A stretch of 32,000 nt of DNA from Candidatus Nitrospira inopinata (GTDB lineage Bacteria > Nitrospirota > Nitrospiria > Nitrospirales > Nitrospiraceae). Positions 24,638 to 32,000 of the stretch are shown one piece after another. The DNA lies in the NCBI RefSeq assembly GCF_001458695.1, contig NZ_LN885086.1, forward strand, positions 360,001 through 392,000. Direction: 5' to 3'. The stretch's first letter is position 1, and every line of letters begins with the position of its first letter. A model generated the notes under the pieces. It ran no database searches. It was not told where the DNA came from and saw nothing but the letters and a program-made list of their open reading frames with translations. The position numbers and the translations under genes are program-made.

Positions 24638-24652
24638 TTAACGAATCGTTAA
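24638..24652. promoter_or_regulatory. Perfect 7-1-7 inverted repeat TTAACGA-A-TCGTTAA in the divergent EPS-operon / wecB control region
   Basis: The repeat is seen directly in the sequence, in an AT-richer 311-nt intergenic region. On the minus strand it is about 45 nt upstream of a TATACT box (24587-24592). Confidence 0.3.
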
Positions 24653-24665
24653 TAACGTCTCCGTA

Positions 24666-24690
24666 ACAAGAAAAACGCCCCGAGGGGCGC
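24666..24690 (-). terminator. Minus-strand Rho-independent terminator upstream of the EPS operon control region
   Basis: On the minus strand a short GC stem (CGCCC/GGGCG, 24676-24689) is followed by TTTTTCTTGTT. The plus strand has no U-tract after it. Confidence 0.45.
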
Positions 24691-24840
24691 GTGGATTGAC
24701 CGACTCCCCGGACAATTGTTGATAGACAATTTTTTTGAAGCAACCACTGGAATCCAAAAATTTGACTTTGCCATAACAGTATCCGAGGGGACGCCATGCT
24801 AAGATGCCCCACCCGGTGTCTCAATGCAAGGGTTGACCCG

Positions 24841-26103
24841 ATGAAACTTCTCCTGGTGGCCGGCGCCCGTCCCAACTTCATGAAGATCGCCTCCATCGTC
24901 GAGGCGCTCGACGCGCACAACCGGAGCGCGCGACCGCCGAAGCAACGACTGGATTACCTGGTGGTCCACACCGGCCAACATTACGACGAGAAAATGTCCG
25001 GGACCTTTTTCAAGGAACTGGGCCTGCCGAGGCCGGCCGTGGACCTCGAAGTGGGATCGGCCTCCCACGCCGTGCAAACGGCGGAGATTATGAAACGGTT
25101 CGAGCCGGTACTGGAAAAGGAACGTCCCGACGCGGTGATCGTCGTCGGCGACGTCAATTCCACCGCGGCCTGCGCGCTCGTCACGGCTAAAATCACCCAC
25201 GGTGGAACGGGCGGCGCCACGACCCGATCACGGCCGCTCATCGCCCACGTCGAAGCGGGATTGCGGAGCCGCGATCGATCCATGCCGGAGGAAATCAACC
25301 GCCTCGTCACGGACTCGATCGCCGATTTGCTGTTCGTCACGGAAGCGGACGCCGCGCGCAACCTGCTTCGCGAAGGTGTTCCTCGCCGTCACATCCATTT
25401 CGTCGGCAACACCATGGTCGATACCTTGCTTCGCCATCGGGCTCGCGCCGAACAATCGCCCATCCTCGAACGGCTGGGGCTGCTTGAGTCGTCCGCGTCG
25501 CCTCGTCGCCTTCGGCACTCCGCCGCCGGCTCGTCAGCCGTCCGTCCCTATGGAGTCGTCACTCTGCACCGTCCCAGCAACGTGGATGATCCAACCGTCT
25601 TTCGGGGCATCTTGGATGCGCTGCTCACCATCAGTCGATCCGTGCCGTTGATCTTCCCCGTCCATCCCAGGACCGTCGCCCACATAGGGAAGTTCGGCCT
25701 GGCGGCGGAGTGTCCCTTGCTCGGCCCAGGCGAGACCATCACAGACCCCGCCTCCGGCTTATACTGTATCGAACCGCTGGGATACTTGGATTTTTTGCGG
25801 TTGATGTCCCAGGCCCGTATCGTCCTGACCGACTCCGGCGGCATCCAGGAAGAAACGACGGTGCTCGGCGTGCCATGCGTGACCCTGCGTCACAATACGG
25901 AGCGCCCCGTGACCATCTCCCATGGCACCAACGTGTTGGCCGGGACGCATATCGATACGATCATCAGAAAAGCCCGTCAACAGTTGAAGCTCGGCCACCG
26001 ACCCACACACCCCCGCTATTGGGACGGCAAGGCTGGACAGCGAATCGTCAAAATCCTCGCGCAAGTGTTGGCCGATTCATCCATCCGCATATTCCGTTCC
26101 TAA
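24841..26103 (+). CDS. wecB: UDP-N-acetylglucosamine 2-epimerase (non-hydrolysing)
   Basis: MKLLLVAGARPNFMKIASIV, VHTGQHYD, HVEAGLRSRDRSMPEEINR, TLHRPSNVDD, LTDSGGIQEE and the ending TERP are present. The ATG at 24841 is preferred over the track start at 24796. Confidence 0.9.
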   Translation: MKLLLVAGARPNFMKIASIVEALDAHNRSARPPKQRLDYLVVHTGQHYDEKMSGTFFKELGLPRPAVDLEVGSASHAVQTAEIMKRFEPVLEKERPDAVIVVGDVNSTAACALVTAKITHGGTGGATTRSRPLIAHVEAGLRSRDRSMPEEINRLVTDSIADLLFVTEADAARNLLREGVPRRHIHFVGNTMVDTLLRHRARAEQSPILERLGLLESSASPRRLRHSAAGSSAVRPYGVVTLHRPSNVDDPTVFRGILDALLTISRSVPLIFPVHPRTVAHIGKFGLAAECPLLGPGETITDPASGLYCIEPLGYLDFLRLMSQARIVLTDSGGIQEETTVLGVPCVTLRHNTERPVTISHGTNVLAGTHIDTIIRKARQQLKLGHRPTHPRYWDGKAGQRIVKILAQVLADSSIRIFRS

Positions 26104-27356
26104 CAGCCACCGGCGCTTCCCCGTCTTGCCCCTCCACCAACCACGGCTGACAACACCTGCAAGTATGACCGAGCCAGTTTGGCCCGGTCGAAATGTTGAA
26201 GCACATAGGCTCGCCCGCTGCTTCCGAGCTTCCGGCGTAGAACCGGGTCGCTATACAACGCGAGCACCTGTACCGCCAACTCCTTGGCGTCTTCCGGGGG
26301 GATGCACACCCCGCCGCCGGACTCCCTGACCAATTCAGCGCTCTCCCCCTCGACACCCAGAATGATCGGCTTTTCCATCGCCATGCTCTCGAAAATTTTC
26401 GACGGCAGCACCGTCTTGAACAGATCCGACTTCTTGAGCAGGACAAGGCTGACATCCGACAGAGACCAGAACTCCGGCATCCGTTCCTTCGGCTGTTGCG
26501 ACAACATCCGCACGTTCGAGAGATTCATCGCGTCCCGCATCTCCACCAACCGCTTCCGCTCGGCGCCGTCGCCGACCAGGAGAAACACAATCTCCGGACG
26601 ATCGCGCAAGAGATCGGCGGCTTCCAGGACGGTTTCGAGATGATGGGCCATGCCGTGAGTGCCGAAGTATGAGGCCACGAACTTGCCGTGAAGCCCCAAT
26701 TCCTTCGCCAGCGCCTCATGGCCGTGAGCTGGCCGTTGATACAGAGACAGATCCGCTCCGTTCTTGATGACCGTGACTTTTTCAGCCGAAATACCCAGCT
26801 TGGCCATGTGAGATTTGAAGGCGTCGGTCACGACGACCAGATGAGTCGCCTTGCGGTAGGCGAACAATTCCAGCCATTCCAACAGACGAATGACCGGACG
26901 AGAGGTGATCGCCCCCACCGCGACGATGGACTCCGGCCAAAGGTCGCGAATTTCAAGCACCCAAGGGGCTCGCTTCAACCGGCTGACCACATAGCCGGCC
27001 AAGCCGTTGAAGAACTGCGGTGAAGTGGAAAGCACCACGTCGCAGCGAGAGAGAAACGGCGCTGCCAGCACGGCCGACATCATGTAGGAGACATAGTTGA
27101 TCGTCCGTTTGAGAAACCCCTCGTTCGCCGTGACATACGTCCAGATCCGCACCACATGAATGCCGTCCTTTTCTTCCCGCTGAAAGACAGCATTCCGGTA
27201 CCCCTCATAGACGATGCCGCGCGGATGGTTCGGCGCGCAGGTCACGACCGTGACCTCATGCCCGTCCTTGACCCACTGTTTGCAGTGTTCGTACGTTCTG
27301 GACGCCGGAGCATTCACTTCCGGAGGAAAATAGTGCGAGAGAAACAGGATTCTCAT
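26100..27356 (-). CDS. Glycosyltransferase family 4 (WbuB-like)
   Basis: MRILFLSHYFPPEVNAPASRTYEHCKQWVKDGHEVTVVTCAPNHP is the typical N-terminus. The C-terminal GT-B region includes the E-x7-E area (ILGVEGESAELVRE). Confidence 0.8.
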   Translation of the reverse strand: MRILFLSHYFPPEVNAPASRTYEHCKQWVKDGHEVTVVTCAPNHPRGIVYEGYRNAVFQREEKDGIHVVRIWTYVTANEGFLKRTINYVSYMMSAVLAAPFLSRCDVVLSTSPQFFNGLAGYVVSRLKRAPWVLEIRDLWPESIVAVGAITSRPVIRLLEWLELFAYRKATHLVVVTDAFKSHMAKLGISAEKVTVIKNGADLSLYQRPAHGHEALAKELGLHGKFVASYFGTHGMAHHLETVLEAADLLRDRPEIVFLLVGDGAERKRLVEMRDAMNLSNVRMLSQQPKERMPEFWSLSDVSLVLLKKSDLFKTVLPSKIFESMAMEKPIILGVEGESAELVRESGGGVCIPPEDAKELAVQVLALYSDPVLRRKLGSSGRAYVLQHFDRAKLARSYLQVLSAVVGGGARRGSAGGC

Positions 27357-27370
27357 TGGTCGCTCTTCGG

Positions 27371-29065
27371 TCAGTCTCGATGGGACATCCTGGTTGAGGG
27401 CATGGGTACTTTTTTGATCCGATAGCCGACCGCGAACGGCGCCGCCTGCGACCGAGCAAACACGAGGACGGGATTCTCATACCGCAGTCCGAATTGAGGG
27501 AAATACCATCCTCGATCAAGCCGCACATCGCACGGAGTGAGCGGCTCCACCACCGCCACAACTCGCCCATCGGTCCCCACCAGCTTCAGCCGTCGGTCTT
27601 CGCCAATGACGCGGAAATCAGGGTGAACGTGCACATAGGTCTCCATCCGGTGTTCTCTCTTCCCAGCAAGCCTGTCCTCGATGATCCACTCCCCCCCTTC
27701 AGCATAGGTGATCGTGCGTGAGTGGACCGGCTTGCCGGGCAATCGCCGATAGCCGTCATGGGCCCCTTCAAAGATCACCCTGCCGTCCTCGCCTCGGTGC
27801 AGCGACGCTCGAATCGGCTTCGCCCGGCGCGCCACGCGAAACACGCCCCAGATTTCAGATTGTTCGACACCATCCACCATCACGGTATTGTGGGCCCTCG
27901 TGCTTCTGGCGTAGGCTCGTTCGGGGCTCGCCTCATAATCATACACACCACTATCCACGATCACTCGCCGACCATCGATCGCCAACTCATAGCTCAGGGT
28001 ATCGCAATGGGCATGGCCTGGTTGATAATCCGGGCCGATCAGTCCACCGTCAATCACCAGACGATCGTTTCCATTAGCAACAATGAAGTAGCCACTGTCT
28101 GGATAGGCACGCAGCTCCAGCCCCTGAGCCCGGGCCGGAGGTTCATAGCCAAGAAGGGCGTTGGCATACTGAAAGATCTGTTGGGGACTCGGCGCAATCC
28201 CGAACGCCGAGTCATTGAACAGCGCGATGTTCCCGTCTGGAAGACACAGGTCATACAGATACTCCAAGGCGGCCCTCGCCTTGTCCTTGAGCCGTACCAC
28301 ATCCTCTTGAACCACCGGCGTCCCCGAACGTTCGAGCAGGTTCACAACATCGAGGCAGTCCAACAGGCAGATCGAATGGTACATCGGGCTCCGTTCATAA
28401 TGTCCGCCGTCCGAAAGAAACTGCTCGGCGAGCTCTTGCCGCAACAGCGCCCATCCCTGCCGCAACCAGCGGTCTCCATCGGGGCCATCAAAATACGCCC
28501 CGGCAAACACCAGGGCCACGGCATTTTTGAAAACGTGATTGGCCAGCAGATGGTATTCCACATGCCGCTCAAGCCAGGCAGCTTGTGTCCAGAGACTCTG
28601 GAGCCAAGCCATCTCAGGCGGCTTCTCGCGCCGCAAGAAAAACTTGATCCAGTTCACGACGCGCAACGAGACGGGATAGGGCTCCCATCCGTCACCGACG
28701 CCCAGAGGATTCTTCGCGATCCAATCGGCGATCAGGCGGCATTTCGCCTCGTCGGATCGAGCAGGGTCGGCAAGATAGTCGAAGTAATGCAGGTTGTATC
28801 GCCACAGTTTGGGCAGGTCCGGGGAGGCCCAATCAACGGACGAGGGGGGAAAGGTCACCGTCCGGTTCAAGAAACAAAACGAGAAATCGCCGGAAGCTGG
28901 AGCGCACAAGGACGGTGAGGGACCGATATTCACACCGAGCCGCCTCCTCACCGATCGCACCGGCGGCACACGAGAGGAAAGACGCACTCGCTTGAGCACC
29001 TGGGCGAACACTTGGCCGGGGCGCAGATAGGAGACCGTGCGCGCGAACAACAACAGCCGTTCCAT
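27371..29065 (-). CDS. Heparinase II/III-family (alginate-lyase-like) protein
   Basis: MERLLLFARTVSYLRPGQVFAQV..., WRYNLHYFDYL, LANHVFKNAVALVFAG and PGHAHCDTLSYEL are present. The ATG at 29065 is chosen; the track start at 29203 would overlap the upstream gene. Confidence 0.75.
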   Translation of the reverse strand: MERLLLFARTVSYLRPGQVFAQVLKRVRLSSRVPPVRSVRRRLGVNIGPSPSLCAPASGDFSFCFLNRTVTFPPSSVDWASPDLPKLWRYNLHYFDYLADPARSDEAKCRLIADWIAKNPLGVGDGWEPYPVSLRVVNWIKFFLRREKPPEMAWLQSLWTQAAWLERHVEYHLLANHVFKNAVALVFAGAYFDGPDGDRWLRQGWALLRQELAEQFLSDGGHYERSPMYHSICLLDCLDVVNLLERSGTPVVQEDVVRLKDKARAALEYLYDLCLPDGNIALFNDSAFGIAPSPQQIFQYANALLGYEPPARAQGLELRAYPDSGYFIVANGNDRLVIDGGLIGPDYQPGHAHCDTLSYELAIDGRRVIVDSGVYDYEASPERAYARSTRAHNTVMVDGVEQSEIWGVFRVARRAKPIRASLHRGEDGRVIFEGAHDGYRRLPGKPVHSRTITYAEGGEWIIEDRLAGKREHRMETYVHVHPDFRVIGEDRRLKLVGTDGRVVAVVEPLTPCDVRLDRGWYFPQFGLRYENPVLVFARSQAAPFAVGYRIKKVPMPSTRMSHRD

Positions 29066-29088
29066 AGAATAAGGGCGGAAGCACCGGC

Positions 29089-31251
29089 CTACGCGAGCGC
29101 GTCCACAATATCGAACGTGGCTCTGGTCACTTCCACCAGTTCCTCGAAGGCAATCGGGGATGGCTTGCCGGATCGAACGGCCTCGACGAACGAAGCGGCG
29201 CAAGCCGCCTGCCCCTTGTCCTGCCGCCAGAGGCCCAGACGTTTGAACCCGGGCCAGCCATAACCGTACAGATTGCGGTAATTGTCCAGTTGCAGAATCC
29301 GCCCCGCACAGAAGACTTCCAACCGCTCCTTGGGAAACGACTTGTGCCCATTCGAGAGATAATGCACCGTCCCCATCGACCCGTCGGCAAACCGCAGCGT
29401 GATGGTCACCTGATCAGCAAGTGCCCCCTTCCGCCCCACCCCTGATCCTGCCCCCTGCGCCGCCACCTGCACCGACACGATCGGCGCCCCGACCAGGAAC
29501 CGCTCCAGGTCGATGAAGTGACAGGCTTCTCCGATGATCCGCCCGCCGCCGACTTCGGGATCTTGCGTCCAATGGTCCGAGGGAATCGCCCCCGCGTTGA
29601 CGGTCATGACCAGCGTCTTCGGCTCTTGGACGGACGACAGCAGCGCCTTCATCTTTTGCACATGAGGAGCGAACCGGCGATTGAACCCGACCATCAGCAG
29701 CCAGGCTTCGCCATCGCCGCTGTTAACCTTCTCGTAGGTCTGTTCAATCTCCGACAGTTCCTCGCGGGTGACGGCAAGCGGCTTTTCAACAAAGACGTGT
29801 TTCCCCCCCCGCAACGCCTCGCACACGTAGCGCGCATGGCTTTCATGCCTCGTCGCCACCACCACCGTATTGATCTCGGCATCGGCGAACACCGATTGCG
29901 CCTCCGTCCCCGTTTCCTCAAAACCATGTTTTTGGCCTGCATGGACGCCGCTCACCCCTTTGGCCGAGATCACCGTTTTCAAAACGGCCGGAGTCTGTTT
30001 GAACGCCGGGATCAGAATCTGCGAGGCATAGTTGCCCGCCCCGATAAATCCCAGCACCACGGAATCACGGGGCTTCGCCGGCCGTGGCGGACGTTCGGCC
30101 AAGCGCACGTGCCTCGCTCGGAGCAAGGCGTCGGATTGCTCCTCCGCTCCAGGATAGCGGAGCACGATCCCCAACGAGCCGCCGGCCGTGAGCAGCCGAT
30201 ACGCCTCCTCGGCGCGGGACAGATCGAACCGATGGGTGATGAGGGGCGCCATGTCCAGGCGGCCGTCCGCCATCATGTCCAGCACCGCCTCGAAGTTCCG
30301 TTGCTCCGTCCAGCGCACGAAGCCGATGGGATAGTCATGCCCCCCTTCTTCATACGCGGCGTCATAGCGGCCAGGCCCATAGGAACAGGACACCTGGAAC
30401 GTGAGTTCTTTTTCATAAAAATCGGCGCGCGACAGTTCCAGGCCCACCACGCCTACCAGCACGATGCGGCCTCGTTTGCGGCACATCAGCGCGGCCTGGT
30501 GCACCGGCTCGTTGCTGGTCGTCGAAGCCGCGATCACGACGGCATCCACCCCTCGCCCGCGCGAAAACCTCGCCGCGGCGGTCAGCGGATCTTCGCCGCG
30601 CGAGAGATCGACCGCCTCGGCGCCGAACCGCCTGGCCAATTCCAGCTTCGCCGGGTCCAGATCAATGCCTAATACGCGGCAGCCGTGCGCGCGCAGAAGC
30701 TGCACGGTAATGAGCCCGATCAGGCCGAGGCCGGTCACCACGACCGCTTCGCCGAGCGTAGGTTGCACCAAGCGTACCCCTTGCAAAGCGATGGCCGCGA
30801 GCACCGTAAAGGCCGCCGCCTCATCGCCCACCGCCTCCGGCACCTTGGCGCAGAGGTGTTTGGGAACCGCGACCACCTGCGCATGTTTGCCGTTCGACGC
30901 CACCCGATCGCCCACCGCAAAGCCCGTCACCCCCGCTCCCACCTCCATCACCACACCCATGTTGCAATAGCCCATGGCAAGGGGCTGGTCCAACTTGTGG
31001 CGCACCGCATCCAACGTCGGCAGCAGGCCGTCGGTCTTGATCTTGTCGAGCACCATCCGCACTTTGTCCGGCTGTTGGCGAGCCTTCTCCAGCAGATTGG
31101 CCTTGCCGAACTCCACCAACATCCGTTCTGTGCCTTGTGAGACCACCGTACACACCGTGCGAATCAGCAGGTGGCCGGGCGGACAAGCCGGGCAGGGCAC
31201 GTCCACCACCTCTGTTTCACCGGTTTTGAGGTTTTGGAGGATTTGCTTCAT
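29089..31251 (-). CDS. Bi-domain oxidoreductase (N-terminal zinc-type alcohol dehydrogenase domain + C-terminal Gfo/Idh/MocA domain)
   Basis: MKQILQNLKTGETEVVDVPCP...SQGTERMLVEFGKANLLEKARQQPDKV, then a Rossmann motif VVVTGLGLIG, then VLGFIGAGNYA plus EKPLAV of Gfo/Idh/MocA. A GGGAG SD precedes the ATG at 31251. Confidence 0.8.
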   Translation of the reverse strand: MKQILQNLKTGETEVVDVPCPACPPGHLLIRTVCTVVSQGTERMLVEFGKANLLEKARQQPDKVRMVLDKIKTDGLLPTLDAVRHKLDQPLAMGYCNMGVVMEVGAGVTGFAVGDRVASNGKHAQVVAVPKHLCAKVPEAVGDEAAAFTVLAAIALQGVRLVQPTLGEAVVVTGLGLIGLITVQLLRAHGCRVLGIDLDPAKLELARRFGAEAVDLSRGEDPLTAAARFSRGRGVDAVVIAASTTSNEPVHQAALMCRKRGRIVLVGVVGLELSRADFYEKELTFQVSCSYGPGRYDAAYEEGGHDYPIGFVRWTEQRNFEAVLDMMADGRLDMAPLITHRFDLSRAEEAYRLLTAGGSLGIVLRYPGAEEQSDALLRARHVRLAERPPRPAKPRDSVVLGFIGAGNYASQILIPAFKQTPAVLKTVISAKGVSGVHAGQKHGFEETGTEAQSVFADAEINTVVVATRHESHARYVCEALRGGKHVFVEKPLAVTREELSEIEQTYEKVNSGDGEAWLLMVGFNRRFAPHVQKMKALLSSVQEPKTLVMTVNAGAIPSDHWTQDPEVGGGRIIGEACHFIDLERFLVGAPIVSVQVAAQGAGSGVGRKGALADQVTITLRFADGSMGTVHYLSNGHKSFPKERLEVFCAGRILQLDNYRNLYGYGWPGFKRLGLWRQDKGQAACAASFVEAVRSGKPSPIAFEELVEVTRATFDIVDALA

Positions 31252-31423
31252 GGACAACTCCCAAGCCGCCGGCTGTTTCAGCATGCAATGAAACCACTCT
31301 ATCGTCTGGCGCCTTACCGTTACAGCACAGCACCGGATACGGCGGCTCGTGGAGCCTCCGGCGCCTGGCGATACGTCCCTCGCACACGTGCAACGCAGGT
31401 CCGACAGTCACATCGGCTGATGC

Positions 31424-31636
31424 TCAAAGGTCTTCGGGTTTCAGTCCCGTGTGCTTGGCAATGCGTGCAAGCATCCGCGGACCGAGCTCTTCCCTTTCAT
31501 GGAACGCGAAGACAAAATCCGGCCAGCCGGCGCGAACGAGCGTGCGGTGCGAACCCGACTGGCGTTTGATCTGCCAGCCGATCCGCTGCAAGGCAGAGAG
31601 CACGCGCACAGCCTTCGAAGAAGGCCACAGGCTCAT
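31424..31636 (-). CDS. hicA: Type II toxin HicA (mRNA interferase)
   Basis: 70 aa with ...LQRIGWQIKRQSGSHRTLVRAGWPDFVFAFHEREELGPRMLARIAKHTGL, which fits the HicA/YcfA pattern including GSH. It overlaps hicB by 4 nt. Confidence 0.85.
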   Translation of the reverse strand: MSLWPSSKAVRVLSALQRIGWQIKRQSGSHRTLVRAGWPDFVFAFHEREELGPRMLARIAKHTGLKPEDL

Positions 31637-31839
31637 GCCGCGGCAACCGAAATACTGATGTCAACCGGGGCCGTCTCACAGTGTTCGAGACGTTCAGCCA
31701 GCACCCGCAGCGCAAGAACCTCGGCCTTGGTCTGCGCTTCCACTGCGCTGTCGCCATAGGCCATCACACCGGGCAGTTCCGGCACTTCAGCCAACCAACG
31801 GCCGTCTTCTTCGCGCTCGCACTCGATCGTGAGCTTCAT
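31633..31839 (-). CDS. hicB: Type II antitoxin HicB (UPF0150 fold)
   Basis: MKLTIECEREEDGRWLAEVPELPGVMAYGDSAVEAQTKAEVLALRVL is the classic HicB N-domain. A GGAGG SD lies upstream. Confidence 0.85.
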   Translation of the reverse strand: MKLTIECEREEDGRWLAEVPELPGVMAYGDSAVEAQTKAEVLALRVLAERLEHCETAPVDISISVAAA

Positions 31840-31864
31840 GACACCTCCCGAAGCGGCAACACCT

Positions 31865-32000
31865 GAACACCATGCGCCGCGCCCGCCACCGTTGCACGGG
31901 AAACAACCTAATCACGCCCAAGCCGCACTCCACCCGCTTCGCCCAATGCCGGCTGCACCAGTCGCCCCCCTGAAGCGCAATCGCCGCGAGCACCGTAAAG
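31865..32000 (-). pseudogene. Decayed partial paralog of the bi-domain oxidoreductase gene, continuing beyond the right edge
   Basis: 31865-32000 aligns with about 30675-30810 of the intact gene, roughly three-quarters identical by eye. The last 18 nt GCCGCGAGCACCGTAAAG are identical. The translation LAAIALQG...GLGVIRLFPVQRWRA compares with LAAIALQGVRLVQPTLGEAVVVTGLGLIGLITVQLLRA, with frame slips in between. Homology stops about 25 nt before the hicB start. Confidence 0.6.

Noticed and set aside
24762-24790. TTGACT hexamer upstream of wecB as a possible -35 box.
   Set aside because: No acceptable -10 hexamer lies at 16-18 nt spacing, so the wecB promoter cannot be placed by eye.
29803-29810. 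C8 homopolymer (G8 on the coding strand) inside the oxidoreductase gene. A similar T8 run lies at 17567-17574 in the chain-length gene.
   Set aside because: Both genes are in frame and intact across the runs. Nothing suggests phase variation. They are noted only as possible sequencing-error hot spots.
1-32000. Search for CRISPR repeats, tRNA/rRNA genes, transposases, integrases, reverse transcriptases or phage genes.
   Set aside because: I saw no regularly spaced repeats, cloverleaf-like segments or matching ORF signatures. The only mobility-related hints are the excisionase-type HTH and the two TA cassettes with their flanking duplications.

Overview
GC-rich (about 60%) bacterial chromosomal segment, almost fully coding, with no rRNA, tRNA, CRISPR array or transposase that I could find. 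All family names come from motif recognition and gene order by eye; no HMM or database search was run. The window splits into five modules. (1) 1-7381: a copper/metal homeostasis island. It holds a partial RND adaptor, a His-rich membrane protein translationally coupled to a CopA P-type ATPase, a DsbA-like oxidoreductase, an Slp lipoprotein, an SmbP-like His-repeat protein, a periplasmic HMA-like protein, a small HTH protein and a second His-rich protein. (2) 7440-11371: two PEP-CTERM cargo genes, each preceded by the same ~29-nt sigma-54-like element. Next to them is an unusual gene in which a secreted domain and an internal PEP-CTERM-like sorting signal are fused to a receiver/OmpR-type DNA-binding module. 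This is my top candidate for something undescribed. (3) 11417-14439: a fused MFS/spermidine-synthase-like gene, followed by a Phd-VapC cassette bracketed by a 29-bp perfect direct repeat and a collapsed pseudo-copy of that gene. (4) 14486-24529: a seven-gene minus-strand operon typical of XrtA/PEP-CTERM exopolysaccharide loci (WecA-like transferase, PrsT, export protein, beta-barrel, chain-length determinant, tyrosine-kinase-like ATPase, AAA ATPase). No exosortase is in the window. (5) 24841-32000: wecB converging on a glycosyltransferase / heparinase II-III / bi-domain oxidoreductase operon, then HicBA wedged between the intact oxidoreductase gene and a decayed partial paralog of it at the right edge. 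The gene content would fit a Nitrospira-like or nitrifier-like organism, but I cannot verify taxonomy.
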